DNA of 64,000 nucleotides from contig JANYHZ010000281.1 of NCBI GenBank assembly GCA_025362135.1, forward strand, positions 6,389 to 70,388. Reading direction: 5' to 3'. Position 1 is the first letter of the stretch. Every line of letters starts with the position of its first letter. Position numbers and translations under genes: made by a program. The notes beneath the pieces were generated by a model. That model ran no database searches. It was not told the origin of the DNA and was given only the letters and a program-made list of their open reading frames with translations. This DNA comes from Betaproteobacteria bacterium. GTDB taxonomy: Bacteria; Pseudomonadota; Gammaproteobacteria; Burkholderiales; Usitatibacteraceae. Positions 9,146 through 19,035 of this stretch are shown in pieces.

Positions 9146-11281
9146 TCAATACGGTTGTCTTTCGATACGTTTCACCTGCGTGAAACCGTTGACCGTATAG
9201 GTCATCATTGCGTTGCTCGCATCGCTGAAATCGAGTGAAATTGTTCCGACGATGTTTGCGGTGAACTGCGACCCGTTGTACGCAACGCCCAGCCAGGCAG
9301 CCGAGGTATGCGCGTAAACAGTACCGGACCAAACTGTCCCACTCCAGCTACCACCCTGGGCCGTGAAGAACGTCGCCTTGCCTGCCGCGTCGTACGTGTA
9401 CCAGACCGGAAACAACACGCGCCCTTGCTGGGCGATATTCAACCCCCATCCGTCCTCTGCAGAAGTCGCCCACCAAAGATCATTGGTGCGCAAGTTCGGC
9501 CCCGTGATTTCGGCAGAGAAAACCTGTCGCTGGATAGACTTGGTCGCACTGATCCCGTTGATCGTGTAGGCGAGGGTGGCGGTGCTGTTGTTGGCGTAGG
9601 TGATGGTCGCCGTGCCAATCGGTGCACCTACCACAAACTTCGTCTTGTCGTACGCGCTGAACGGTGACGAATTTGGTAGATATAACGAACCGGTAAAGAC
9701 CGTCCCTGCCGCGTTGAAACTGCCACCCGGCATCACATACCAAAGCGATTTGCCTGCGCTGTCGTAGGCAAAGATTACATTGAACTGGATCGGCCCATGC
9801 TGGCTGATCGACACGCCCCAGCCATTTTCCGCACTGCCCGCCCACCACATATCGGTGAAATCGGCCGGACCCTGCGCAACCACACGCAGGTCAAACGTGG
9901 CCTGCTCGGATATCCGGCCGGAGATATGGCCGGTCGGGTAGAAATAGGTTGCCACGTATTGTTTGACACCACTAGTTACCGTCGGCGCGGTCACCGTACA
10001 CGTAGCCACGGCCGAATCAGTAGAATCGGGAACGCCGCCGAGTGCGACCTGCGCGCAACCCGCTACTGCCACACCGTTGTCAGAGAACGTCACCGTCCCT
10101 ACCGGGCTGCCCATCTTGACCAGCGCCGTGAGGGCCGTGGTGCGACCGCTGACAATCGGAGGCAGCGGATAGGCCGCCACGGAGAGTACTGCCGAGTTCA
10201 CCGCGACAACTTGTGAAAAGCTGACGCTGGATGCCTGATTGTTGGCGTCACCCGAATATGCGGCAACGTAGATGCGAGGATTCTGGTTCTGAAAACTGCC
10301 CGGAACACTACAACTCGCCGCGCCTGCAACCAACGGAACACTACCGCAAGCGGGCAGCGGGCGCGCTCCGCTGCTGGTGCTGACGCTGAACGCCACCGTA
10401 CCGGTCAGGCCGCTGCCAGCGGCTGACGCAATCAAAGTGACTGGCGCACCATAACCAGCCACGTTGGCGGATGAAGCTAAGGTGATCGATGCGCTCGCCG
10501 GTACCGCTGGAATTACATTGACTGGCCCTGACGCTAGGCCAGTACCGTTGGCATTTGTTGCCGTCACCGAGCAGGAATAAGTGGTGCCGTTTGTAAGCAA
10601 CGTGACGGTAATTGGCGAAGCGCCGCCTGTCGCTGAACGCGTCGTCTGTCCGGCTGCTGTGCAAGTGACTGTGAAGCCTGTGATCGGGCTGCCGCCATCG
10701 GTGCCTGGCGCAAACGCGACGGTGGCCTGCCCGCTCCCGGGCACCGCCGTGCCAATCGTTGGTGCAGCGGGTGCGGTACCAGGGCTGGGCAGCACCACCG
10801 TGCCGGTCGCGCCGGCGTTGTTTGTTGGTGTGTTGGTGGCGGTCGCGAGGTTGCGATCAATCGAAAGCGTGCCGTCGGTAGGTACCGATGGAAAACTGAC
10901 GAAATCAACGCCCGCGAAATTTATCGTCAGATTACTCGTGAAAACGAAACCATTTTGAACGATGTAATCTGGCGCCGGGACACCGGCAAGTGCGGCGTAT
11001 CCCGTCGTGCCAATCAACACCTTCGCTCCCGCAACGCCTCTGGAAAGATTAGTCGGGAACATGTACGATTTGATGGACCCACCCTGCGCGCTGGAAATCG
11101 TCTGCCCCGAAAAAAAAGTCTGACCGCCCGACAACATCGTCAGTTCGATAAACTGCACTGTCCCGCTCGCGTTGGAGTAGACCTCGTTGATTTGCACCAT
11201 ATGAAACGCCGAATGCGAATTCATGCTGACCGCAAGAAGCATAAAAATGAGAACGGTCCGTGCACGCAGTTTTTGGAACAT
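9146..11281 (-). CDS. Large secreted multidomain protein (LTD-like, FN3, Ig-like, then two copies of an unknown C-terminal module)
   Basis: The signal peptide is MFQKLRARTVLIFMLLAVSMNSHSA, with AAGGA upstream of ATG 11281. INEVYSN...VQFIELT resembles a lamin-tail domain. GSPITGFTVTC...TTYSCSVTATNANG resembles FN3. The C-terminus has paired WW..SAE.GWG modules. Confidence 0.7.
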   Translation of the reverse strand: MFQKLRARTVLIFMLLAVSMNSHSAFHMVQINEVYSNASGTVQFIELTMLSGGQTFFSGQTISSAQGGSIKSYMFPTNLSRGVAGAKVLIGTTGYAALAGVPAPDYIVQNGFVFTSNLTINFAGVDFVSFPSVPTDGTLSIDRNLATATNTPTNNAGATGTVVLPSPGTAPAAPTIGTAVPGSGQATVAFAPGTDGGSPITGFTVTCTAAGQTTRSATGGASPITVTLLTNGTTYSCSVTATNANGTGLASGPVNVIPAVPASASITLASSANVAGYGAPVTLIASAAGSGLTGTVAFSVSTSSGARPLPACGSVPLVAGAASCSVPGSFQNQNPRIYVAAYSGDANNQASSVSFSQVVAVNSAVLSVAAYPLPPIVSGRTTALTALVKMGSPVGTVTFSDNGVAVAGCAQVALGGVPDSTDSAVATCTVTAPTVTSGVKQYVATYFYPTGHISGRISEQATFDLRVVAQGPADFTDMWWAGSAENGWGVSISQHGPIQFNVIFAYDSAGKSLWYVMPGGSFNAAGTVFTGSLYLPNSSPFSAYDKTKFVVGAPIGTATITYANNSTATLAYTINGISATKSIQRQVFSAEITGPNLRTNDLWWATSAEDGWGLNIAQQGRVLFPVWYTYDAAGKATFFTAQGGSWSGTVWSGTVYAHTSAAWLGVAYNGSQFTANIVGTISLDFSDASNAMMTYTVNGFTQVKRIERQPY

Positions 11282-11661
11282 GGCAATTCCTTTCATGCAA
11301 AAGTAATTCGTCGCGCCGCTTGAGTCTTGGCCGCTGATGTTTGCACCATAGTCTAAGCCACTCGTGCATTTCTTACAGCACATTTTCCCGAAAAAGTGTG
11401 ACTGCGTTTGCGCCGACTTGTGTGGCTCAGGGAGTATCACGCCCAACAGCGATGCTGAAGGGAACGCAAATGGGAAGGCGATGGCTGGGTGCGAGCGGTA
11501 GCCAATACGCTGAGGCGCGGGTTCTTTTGAATCGGGCCTTTACAGCGATCCCCACCCGACCGCACCTTGAAACAGCCAGACCGGCTATTTTGGCGAAACG
11601 CTTCTGCCAACGGAAAGGCCCGCTTGCGCGGCCCCCCCAAGAGGTAACAAATGACGAAAAA

Positions 11662-12141
11662 TCAGAATGGAATATCGTCATCCATATCATCAAATTTCGC
11701 TGCGCCTCCCTTGGCAGTCCCCGAAGGCTTCGACGCGGTACCGGAGGCAGGTGCAGACCCGCCACTCGAAGCCTTGGCGTAATCCCCGCCGCCATCGCCT
11801 CCCAGCCCCTGCCGCCCGCCCAGCATCTGCATTACGTCCGCGATCACTTCCGTCGTGTATTTATCCTGGCCATCCTTGTCCTGCCACTTCCGCGTACGCA
11901 GTTTGCCTTCAACATAAACCTGCGAGCCCTTTTTCAGGTACTCACCCGCGATTTCGGCAAGCTTGCCGAAGAATGAAATTCGATGCCATTCGGTGGCTTC
12001 CTGCTTTTCGCCACTTTTATCTTTCCAGGTCGAAGTTGTCGCGATGGAAATATTGGTGATCGCTCCGCCGTCGGGCATGTAGCGCGTTTCCGGGTCGCGC
12101 CCGAGGTTGCCGACCAGAATAACTTTATTGACTGATGCCAT
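11662..12141 (-). CDS. ssb: Single-stranded DNA-binding protein
   Basis: It starts [21 protein letters not shown], has a glycine-rich linker, and ends with the acidic tail DDDIPF. AAGGAAGGAAAG precedes ATG 12141. Confidence 0.95.
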   Translation of the reverse strand: MASVNKVILVGNLGRDPETRYMPDGGAITNISIATTSTWKDKSGEKQEATEWHRISFFGKLAEIAGEYLKKGSQVYVEGKLRTRKWQDKDGQDKYTTEVIADVMQMLGGRQGLGGDGGGDYAKASSGGSAPASGTASKPSGTAKGGAAKFDDMDDDIPF

Positions 12142-12374
12142 GAGACTTTCCTTCCTTTTAACGATTGGGTAGGAGGAGAGGCTTTGCCGCTCCCCACGTG
12201 ATTGCGTCGCTTTTTTGCGTAGCCCCGCTATTGTGCTCGAAAAAACAGGTGTGGAGAGACTCATGAAAGCTGTAAAATACACGGTTGCCTTTTTGTTTCC
12301 GGGGTTGTCCGATTGGTCAAGCTTTCATGGCGATTCGTGTCAGTGTTTTAGCCCGTTTTCCTTTTAAGAGATTC

Positions 12375-15221
12375 ATGGAATTTATCAAGATTCGCGGTGC
12401 CCGCACCCATAACCTAAAAAACATCAGCCTCGATTTGCCGCGCCATTCTTTGGTCGTGATTACCGGACTCTCCGGCTCTGGAAAATCGTCGCTCGCCTTC
12501 GATACGCTCTACGCGGAAGGGCAGCGGCGTTACGTGGAGTCGCTGTCGACGTACGCGCGGCAATTCCTGCAGTTGATGGAAAAGCCGGATGTCGATTTGA
12601 TCGAAGGGTTGTCGCCGGCTATTTCGATCGAGCAGAAAGCGACCTCGCATAACCCGCGCTCGACCGTGGGCACCGTAACCGAGATTCACGATTACCTGCG
12701 GCTCTTGTTTGCGCGTGCTGGTACACCATATTGCCCGGAACACAAACTGCCGCTGGAAGCGCAGACCGTTTCGCAAATGGTCGATACCGTGCTTGGTCTC
12801 CCTGATGGCACCAAATTGATGTTGCTGGCCCCCGTTGTGGTGAATCGCAAGGGTGAACACGTGGACATGATCGAAGAATTCCGTTCGCAGGGGTTTGTGC
12901 GTTTGCGCGTGAACGGCAAGGTGATCGAGATCGATGCCTTTCCAAAACTCGACAAGATGAAAAAGCACACCATCGAAGTCGTGGTTGACCGGCTTAAAGT
13001 CGCAGCAGATGCAAAGCAACGACTAGCCGAGTCGTTCGAGACGAGCTTGCGTATCGGAGGAGCCAAGGTAGTCGCGGTCAACATGGAGACAAATGCGGAA
13101 ACACTCTTCTCGTCCAAGTTTGCCTGCCCCGTCTGCGATTATTCGCTTTCCGAAATGGAGCCGCGTCTGTTCTCATTCAACAACCCGATGGGTGCCTGTC
13201 AAAAATGCGATGGCTTGGGGCAGATTACATTTTTTGACCCCAAACGGATCGTTGCTTACCCCGGCTTGTCGCTCGCAGGCGGTGCCATTAAAGGCTGGGA
13301 TCGGCGCAACCAGTTTTATTTTCAAATTCTGGTAGGCTTGGCCGAGCATTTCCAATTTGATATTGACAAGCCATTCGATCAGCTCGCACATGAAATTCAG
13401 CAGCTCATTTTGTTTGGCTCTGGCAAGACCAAAATAGCGTTCAAATATCCCGGAGAGCGCGGTAAACCGATCCTGCGTGAAGAGGCTTTTGAAGGCATCG
13501 TACCGAGTCTTGAACGCCGCCACCGTGAAACCGACTCCATGGCGGTGCGCGAAGAGCTTTCCAAATACATCTCGACCAAGACCTGTCCAGAGTGCGACGG
13601 CACGCGTTTGCGCACAGAGGCGCGCAACGTGAAAGTAGGCGACAAGACCATCCACGAACTCTCCGCGATGTCGTTGAAGGACTCGTTTCAATGGTTCGAC
13701 AAAGTAAAACTCAGCCCACAAAAAATGGCGATTGCCGACAGGATTCTGAAGGAAATTTCCAGCCGTCTCACGTTCCTGAATAACGTCGGCCTCGATTATC
13801 TTTCACTGGTTCGTTCGGCCGATACGCTTTCCGGGGGCGAAGCACAACGCATTCGCCTTGCTTCGCAAATTGGCTCCGGCCTTACCGGTGTGATGTACGT
13901 TCTGGATGAGCCGTCGATTGGCCTTCATCAGCGCGACAATGACCGCTTGCTGGAAACGCTCAAGCGTTTGCGCGATCTGGGAAACTCGGTAATTGTCGTC
14001 GAGCACGATGAAGACGCCATCAATGCGGCGGACCACGTCGTGGATATGGGGCCGGGCGCGGGAGTACATGGCGGACAAGTCGTTGCCCAAGGTACGCCGG
14101 AAGAAATCCAGCGCGCTTCACAATCGCTGACCGGTCAATATTTATCGGGTAAAAAGCAGATTCCGGTTCCCAAGAAGCGCGGTAAAGTGGACCTGAAGAA
14201 AATCCTCCGCATCAAAGGCGCGTCCGGTAATAATCTGAAAAACGTAACGCTCGATTTGCCGGTGGGCGCGCTCGTTTGCGTCACCGGCGTTTCCGGTTCG
14301 GGCAAATCGACTTTGATTAACGATACGCTGTACAAAACGGTCTCCCATCACATCTATGCGTCGTCGGACGAACCCGCGCCCTTCGAATCCATCGATGGCC
14401 TGGATCACTTTGACAAAGTGATCAACGTCGATCAATCGCCGATCGGTCGTACTCCACGATCCAACCCCGCGACGTACACGGGTTTGTTCACGCCGATCCG
14501 GGATCTTTTTTCCGGTGTGCCGGAGTCGCGTGCGCGTGGCTACGGGCCGGGTCGTTTTTCGTTCAACGTCAAAGGGGGCCGTTGCGAAGCCTGCGAGGGC
14601 GACGGCGTTATTAAAGTGGAAATGCATTTTCTGCCGGATGTGTACGTGCCCTGCGATGTCTGCTTCGGCAAACGCTACAACCGCGAAACACTCGACGTGC
14701 GCTATAAAGGCAAGAACATCCACGAAGTGCTCGACATGACGGTCGAACTCGCGTTTGATTTTTTCAAGCCAGTGCCCGTCGTTGCACGCAAACTCAGCAC
14801 CCTGCTCGATGTGGGCTTGGGCTATATCCGGCTTGGCCAAAGTGCGACAACCTTGTCGGGCGGCGAAGCGCAGCGTGTGAAGCTCTCACTTGAATTGTCC
14901 AAACGCGATACCGGCAAAACGCTCTTCATCCTTGACGAACCCACCACGGGTCTCCACTTCCACGACATCGATTTATTGCTGAAAGTTTTGCACCGCCTGC
15001 GTGAGCACGGTAATACGGTCGTCGTGATTGAGCACAATCTCGATGTAATCAAGACGGCGGATTGGGTCATCGATCTTGGTCCAGAGGGCGGCGACGGGGG
15101 CGGTGAAATCGTTGGCCAGGGTACGCCCGAGGATTTGGCACAGATGCCGCAGAGCTATACGGGTCGGTATCTTGCCCCCCTGCTGGGTGTTGCCCAGAAG
15201 CGCGCCGCTGCGCGAAAATAG
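12375..15221 (+). CDS. uvrA: Excinuclease ABC subunit A
   Basis: It starts [44 protein letters not shown], with a second Walker A at GVSGSGKST. It has zinc modules ([15 protein letters not shown]) and is divergent from ssb. Confidence 0.97.
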   Translation: MEFIKIRGARTHNLKNISLDLPRHSLVVITGLSGSGKSSLAFDTLYAEGQRRYVESLSTYARQFLQLMEKPDVDLIEGLSPAISIEQKATSHNPRSTVGTVTEIHDYLRLLFARAGTPYCPEHKLPLEAQTVSQMVDTVLGLPDGTKLMLLAPVVVNRKGEHVDMIEEFRSQGFVRLRVNGKVIEIDAFPKLDKMKKHTIEVVVDRLKVAADAKQRLAESFETSLRIGGAKVVAVNMETNAETLFSSKFACPVCDYSLSEMEPRLFSFNNPMGACQKCDGLGQITFFDPKRIVAYPGLSLAGGAIKGWDRRNQFYFQILVGLAEHFQFDIDKPFDQLAHEIQQLILFGSGKTKIAFKYPGERGKPILREEAFEGIVPSLERRHRETDSMAVREELSKYISTKTCPECDGTRLRTEARNVKVGDKTIHELSAMSLKDSFQWFDKVKLSPQKMAIADRILKEISSRLTFLNNVGLDYLSLVRSADTLSGGEAQRIRLASQIGSGLTGVMYVLDEPSIGLHQRDNDRLLETLKRLRDLGNSVIVVEHDEDAINAADHVVDMGPGAGVHGGQVVAQGTPEEIQRASQSLTGQYLSGKKQIPVPKKRGKVDLKKILRIKGASGNNLKNVTLDLPVGALVCVTGVSGSGKSTLINDTLYKTVSHHIYASSDEPAPFESIDGLDHFDKVINVDQSPIGRTPRSNPATYTGLFTPIRDLFSGVPESRARGYGPGRFSFNVKGGRCEACEGDGVIKVEMHFLPDVYVPCDVCFGKRYNRETLDVRYKGKNIHEVLDMTVELAFDFFKPVPVVARKLSTLLDVGLGYIRLGQSATTLSGGEAQRVKLSLELSKRDTGKTLFILDEPTTGLHFHDIDLLLKVLHRLREHGNTVVVIEHNLDVIKTADWVIDLGPEGGDGGGEIVGQGTPEDLAQMPQSYTGRYLAPLLGVAQKRAAARK

Positions 15222-15226
15222 TCCCG

Positions 15227-16537
15227 ATGAATCCACGTGAACTACTGATCGATAGTTTTCGTGCGGCGTTGTCTGCTGCTGATCCACTCGTTATTGTGCC
15301 TGCGCATCTGCCCTCACCGCCCAAAGGCAGAACGGTTGTCGTTGGTGCAGGGAAGGCGGCAGCCGCAATGGCCAGGGCGGTGGACGCAGCCTGGCCTGCC
15401 GATGTGGCGCTTGAGGGTATCGTTATTACCCGTTATGCGCATGGCTATTCCAGCGTCGATAGTGAGAACACGCCGCCCCCGCGAATACGCGTGCTCGAGG
15501 CGGGGCACCCGGTGCCGGATGAGGCTGGCGAAACGGCCGCGAAAGAGATTCTTGCCATCGCCGAATCACTTGCCGCAGACGATCTCCTGTTGGTGCTCGT
15601 TTCAGGCGGCGGTTCCAGCCTGCTATCTCTGCCTGCTGCTGGCATCGCCATGGCAGACTTGAAAGAAGTCACCGCGAAATTGCTCGGTAGTGGCGCGCCG
15701 ATTCAGGAAATGAACATCGTGAGGAAGCACCTGTCGGCAATTCAGGGAGGCCGTTTGGCAGCCGCGACGAAGGCGCGCGTGCTGTCACTGATCATTTCTG
15801 ACGTCACTGGTGATGACCCCTCGGCAATTGCATCCGGGCCAACGGCTCCAGACCCATCGACCTACCAGGATGCGCTGGATATTCTCAATTCGTACCGTAT
15901 CGTCCCGCCGCTGTCGGTGATAAGGCATTTGTCCAACGGCGCACGTGGTGATATTGCCGAAACGCTGAAGCCTGGCGACGCGATTTTCACGCGGGTTGAA
16001 AACCGGGTAATCGCTACGCCGCAGGCGAGCCTTTCACGAGCGGCTGCATTTTTCCAGCAACGCGGCGTAACGCCGATGATTCTGGGCGATAGCGTGACGG
16101 GCGAAGCGCGCGAGGTCGCAAAGGTACATGCAGCGCTGGCCAGACAGATTCAGCAACATCACCATCCGCTAAAGCCGCCGGTGGCGATTATTTCCGGCGG
16201 GGAATGCACGGTCACGCTGCGAAACGCACAGGGGACGACCGGCGGTCGCGGCGGTCGTTGCAGCGAATTCCTGCTCTCGCTGGCGCTTGATCTTGATGAG
16301 CGTGAGAATATTTTTGCCATCGCCTGCGATACGGATGGCATCGATGGCTCAGAAGATAATGCCGGTGCGTATATTGAACCCGATTCCCTGCGACGTGCCC
16401 GGGCAGGCGGTATTCAGGGGAAGGCCCTTCTGGGGGTGAACGATGCCTACGGTTTTTTTTTACCACTCGATGATTTGATCTTCACCGGCCCTACCCGGAC
16501 AAATGTGAACGACTATCGTGCGATTCTTATTCTCTGA
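15227..16537 (+). CDS. Glycerate 2-kinase / hydroxypyruvate reductase-like (DUF4147 + MOFRL)
   Basis: It has VVGAGKAAAAMA, then LVSGGGSSLL, and a C-terminal TDGIDG...GPTRTNVNDY typical of MOFRL glycerate kinases. Confidence 0.8.
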   Translation: MNPRELLIDSFRAALSAADPLVIVPAHLPSPPKGRTVVVGAGKAAAAMARAVDAAWPADVALEGIVITRYAHGYSSVDSENTPPPRIRVLEAGHPVPDEAGETAAKEILAIAESLAADDLLLVLVSGGGSSLLSLPAAGIAMADLKEVTAKLLGSGAPIQEMNIVRKHLSAIQGGRLAAATKARVLSLIISDVTGDDPSAIASGPTAPDPSTYQDALDILNSYRIVPPLSVIRHLSNGARGDIAETLKPGDAIFTRVENRVIATPQASLSRAAAFFQQRGVTPMILGDSVTGEAREVAKVHAALARQIQQHHHPLKPPVAIISGGECTVTLRNAQGTTGGRGGRCSEFLLSLALDLDERENIFAIACDTDGIDGSEDNAGAYIEPDSLRRARAGGIQGKALLGVNDAYGFFLPLDDLIFTGPTRTNVNDYRAILIL

Positions 16538-16617
16538 GTGCCCGCTGAGGGCTTTCGTGTGCGGTGAGGAAACGACGTGGCGAAGGATCTGCAAGCACCC
16601 ATGATCGGCGGCGCGAC

Positions 16618-18162
16618 ATGAATGACAAACGTGACGCAGAGGAAGCTCTGCGGGCGTCCGAGGAACGCTTTCGCGCCCTCACAGAGATTTCGTCAGACTG
16701 GCTATGGGAAACGGATAATGAGCATCGCTTCACCTTCCTGTCGCTGGAAACGACGATAGATACTAAAACAAGGCGCAGTGACATCCTCGGCAAGACGCGA
16801 CGGGAGCTATTCCCGGAGGCGATGACGGCGCAGGAGTGGGCAGTTCACGATGCGACGCTGGCGGCGCGGCGACCATTTCAGGGTATGGTGACGCGCACCT
16901 ACAATGGCGCGACGGGTCAGGCGACAGGATTCTTCAGTCTCAGCGGGCGCCCCATGTTCGATCCCCACGGTGCGTTCACAGGCTATCGTGGCATCGGTCG
17001 CGACATTACCCGCATCAAGCTGGCCGAACAGGAGATCGCAGAGAGCGAAGCTAGATATCGGCTCATCACGCAAAACATGCGTGACATCATCGTCCTGATG
17101 CAACTCGACGGCAAAACGATCTACCTTTCGCCTTCGTTCACTCGCGTTACCGGACACGATATCGAAGCCAGCCTTCGCGAGGAGGTGGCAAGTTTTTTTC
17201 ACCCGGACGATTTTGCCTGGCTGCAGCAGGATTTTGCGCGTTGTGCAGACGGAGACACGGCGAACCGACAGTTAGCGTTGACGTATCGCTTTCGTCACGC
17301 CGACGGAAACTATCTCTGGCTGGAAGGCCAACTCCATCTGGTGCGCAATGATCAAGGTTTGCCGTGGCATATCCAGATCAGCGCACGTGATGTTACTTCG
17401 CGGCGGCAGGCGGAGATTGCTGTTGAGGCAAAGACACAGGAACTCAAACAGGCGAACGTTGCACTGGAAACCGAAGTGCGCAGCCGCCAGGAACTAGAGA
17501 GAAATATTCTGCTGGCCATTGAAAAAGAACTTGAACAGGTAGGTCTGGAGTTACACGACGAGTTGGGGCAGGACCTCACGGGCATCGCGCTGCTCACCAA
17601 GTCGCTCGCGCAAAAACTTGCCGACAAGAACCCTGACGAGGCCGGCCTTGCCCGCCGCATTTCTGAACTGGTCAATCGCACCATCGGCCACACGCGAATG
17701 ATCGCGCACGGACTATCGCCCTACATCTGGGGCAACGACGGGCTCGTGGCGGCATTGCGGCAGCTTGCAAGCGATGTAAACAGCCTCGAGGCGGTGAAAT
17801 GCGACGCAAGAATTCCGACGGCCGTGACAATCACCGATGAAGTCGTTGCGCTTACGCTGTATCGCATCGCGCAGGAGGCAGTCAACAATGCGCTCAAACA
17901 CAGCAAGGCAGACAAAATCCGCATTGCATTGACGCGCACCAGCCGCGGAGTCGAACTGGTGGTTTCAGACAATGGCATCGGGCAGCCTGTTGCAGCCGAT
18001 GATGCGGAAAGCCAGCCACGCCTACACAGTATGCGTCACCGATGTCGCGCCATCGATGCCACGCTATCCATCGGCGAGGGAAGACTCGGTGGTACGATGG
18101 TGCGGGTCGCTTGGCGGGGCGTTGCGGCAGGCAAACCTTCAGTGAATATGAAAACAAAATAG
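16618..18162 (+). CDS. Soluble PAS-PAS sensor histidine kinase (HisKA_3 / NarX-LiaS type)
   Basis: There are two PAS-like segments (SEERFRALTEISSDWLWETD and ESEARYRLITQNMRDIIVL). It has the H-box ELHDELGQDLTGI and the N-box QEAVNNALKHS. I see no TM helix. The track start is a GTG at 16564. Confidence 0.85.
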   Translation: MNDKRDAEEALRASEERFRALTEISSDWLWETDNEHRFTFLSLETTIDTKTRRSDILGKTRRELFPEAMTAQEWAVHDATLAARRPFQGMVTRTYNGATGQATGFFSLSGRPMFDPHGAFTGYRGIGRDITRIKLAEQEIAESEARYRLITQNMRDIIVLMQLDGKTIYLSPSFTRVTGHDIEASLREEVASFFHPDDFAWLQQDFARCADGDTANRQLALTYRFRHADGNYLWLEGQLHLVRNDQGLPWHIQISARDVTSRRQAEIAVEAKTQELKQANVALETEVRSRQELERNILLAIEKELEQVGLELHDELGQDLTGIALLTKSLAQKLADKNPDEAGLARRISELVNRTIGHTRMIAHGLSPYIWGNDGLVAALRQLASDVNSLEAVKCDARIPTAVTITDEVVALTLYRIAQEAVNNALKHSKADKIRIALTRTSRGVELVVSDNGIGQPVAADDAESQPRLHSMRHRCRAIDATLSIGEGRLGGTMVRVAWRGVAAGKPSVNMKTK

Positions 18163-18173
18163 GAGGCGGCGCT

Positions 18174-18824
18174 TTGAAATCAAGAATCATGATTGTCGAT
18201 GACCATGCCATTGTCCTGCACGGCTTGAAAGAGTTGATCAACAACGAGCCCGACCTCGAAGTCACAATGACTGCGGGCTCTGCGGAGCACGCGCTGGAAC
18301 TCCTTCGTGAACAGCAGCCGGATATTGTTGTGACTGATATTTCCCTTCCCGGATTATCGGGATTGGAATTGATTAAGGAGCTCGCGCGATTGCAGCCGGG
18401 TCTGCCCGCCCTGGTGCTGAGCATGCATGATGAACTCGTCCATGGTGAGCGCGCCCTGCGCGCGGGGGCGAAGGGCTATCTGGTCAAACAGGAAGCCCCC
18501 GAGAACGTGATCAAGGCCATACGCAAAGTGCTGGCCGGTGAGCGTTATCTTAGTGAGCGCATGCAATCGCTGCTGGCGCACAAGGTACGTGGCCGTCCGG
18601 CCAATCAACCGATCTCTGTCTTGTCCAGCCTGACCGATCGGGAACACGAAATCTTCCGCTTGATAGGCATCGGACTTGGTACCAGCGAAATTGCGGTGAA
18701 ATTAAATCGCAGCGTGAAGACCATTGAGGCGCACCGCGGAAATATGAAGCAGAAGCTGGGATTACGCAACGCGTACGAATTGCATCGTTTCGCGGCGAAT
18801 TGGGCTGACCACGAACACGCGTGA
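18174..18824 (+). CDS. NarL/FixJ (LuxR-type) response regulator
   Basis: The receiver domain shows IMIVDDH...VVTDISLPG, and the C-terminal HTH shows LTDREHEIFRLIGIGLGTSEIAVKLNRSVKTIEAHR. AGGAGG at 18161-18166 lies 7 nt before TTG 18174. An ATG at 18189 is an alternative start. Confidence 0.9.
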   Translation: MKSRIMIVDDHAIVLHGLKELINNEPDLEVTMTAGSAEHALELLREQQPDIVVTDISLPGLSGLELIKELARLQPGLPALVLSMHDELVHGERALRAGAKGYLVKQEAPENVIKAIRKVLAGERYLSERMQSLLAHKVRGRPANQPISVLSSLTDREHEIFRLIGIGLGTSEIAVKLNRSVKTIEAHRGNMKQKLGLRNAYELHRFAANWADHEHA

Positions 18825-19035
18825 CGCTTTTCCGCGAACGTTTTTGTACAGGCGCTCCCTGTAATCCCAATCCCGGCGGCATCAGGGGGATTGCCTATTT
18901 CACTGCAACGTGGGGCAAGCCCATTTCCCGCTGCGCTCAAAGTGGCAACCTCTGCCCGTCGGGCCGCATTTTCGCGCGTACACTTAGCATTGGCGCGCTT
19001 TTTCAGCCATTATCGACCCGCAATGCCCGCCGATG

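Noticed and set aside
11341-11976. A 211-aa plus-strand ORF spanning the ssb 3' region
   Set aside because: It overlaps ssb in antisense and extends into the spacer. Its product is Arg/Pro/Ala-rich with no recognisable domain.
12142-12374. A possible LexA/SOS box in the ssb-uvrA divergent promoter region
   Set aside because: I found only near-misses: CTGTAAAATACACGG, which lacks the ACAG half-site, and TTGT-N10-ACAG, which has the wrong spacing. There is no canonical CTGT-N8-ACAG, so I made no call.
12414-14840. Several minus-strand ORFs of 140-230 aa inside uvrA
   Set aside because: All are antisense to a gene with unambiguous UvrA motifs along its full length, so they are shadow ORFs.
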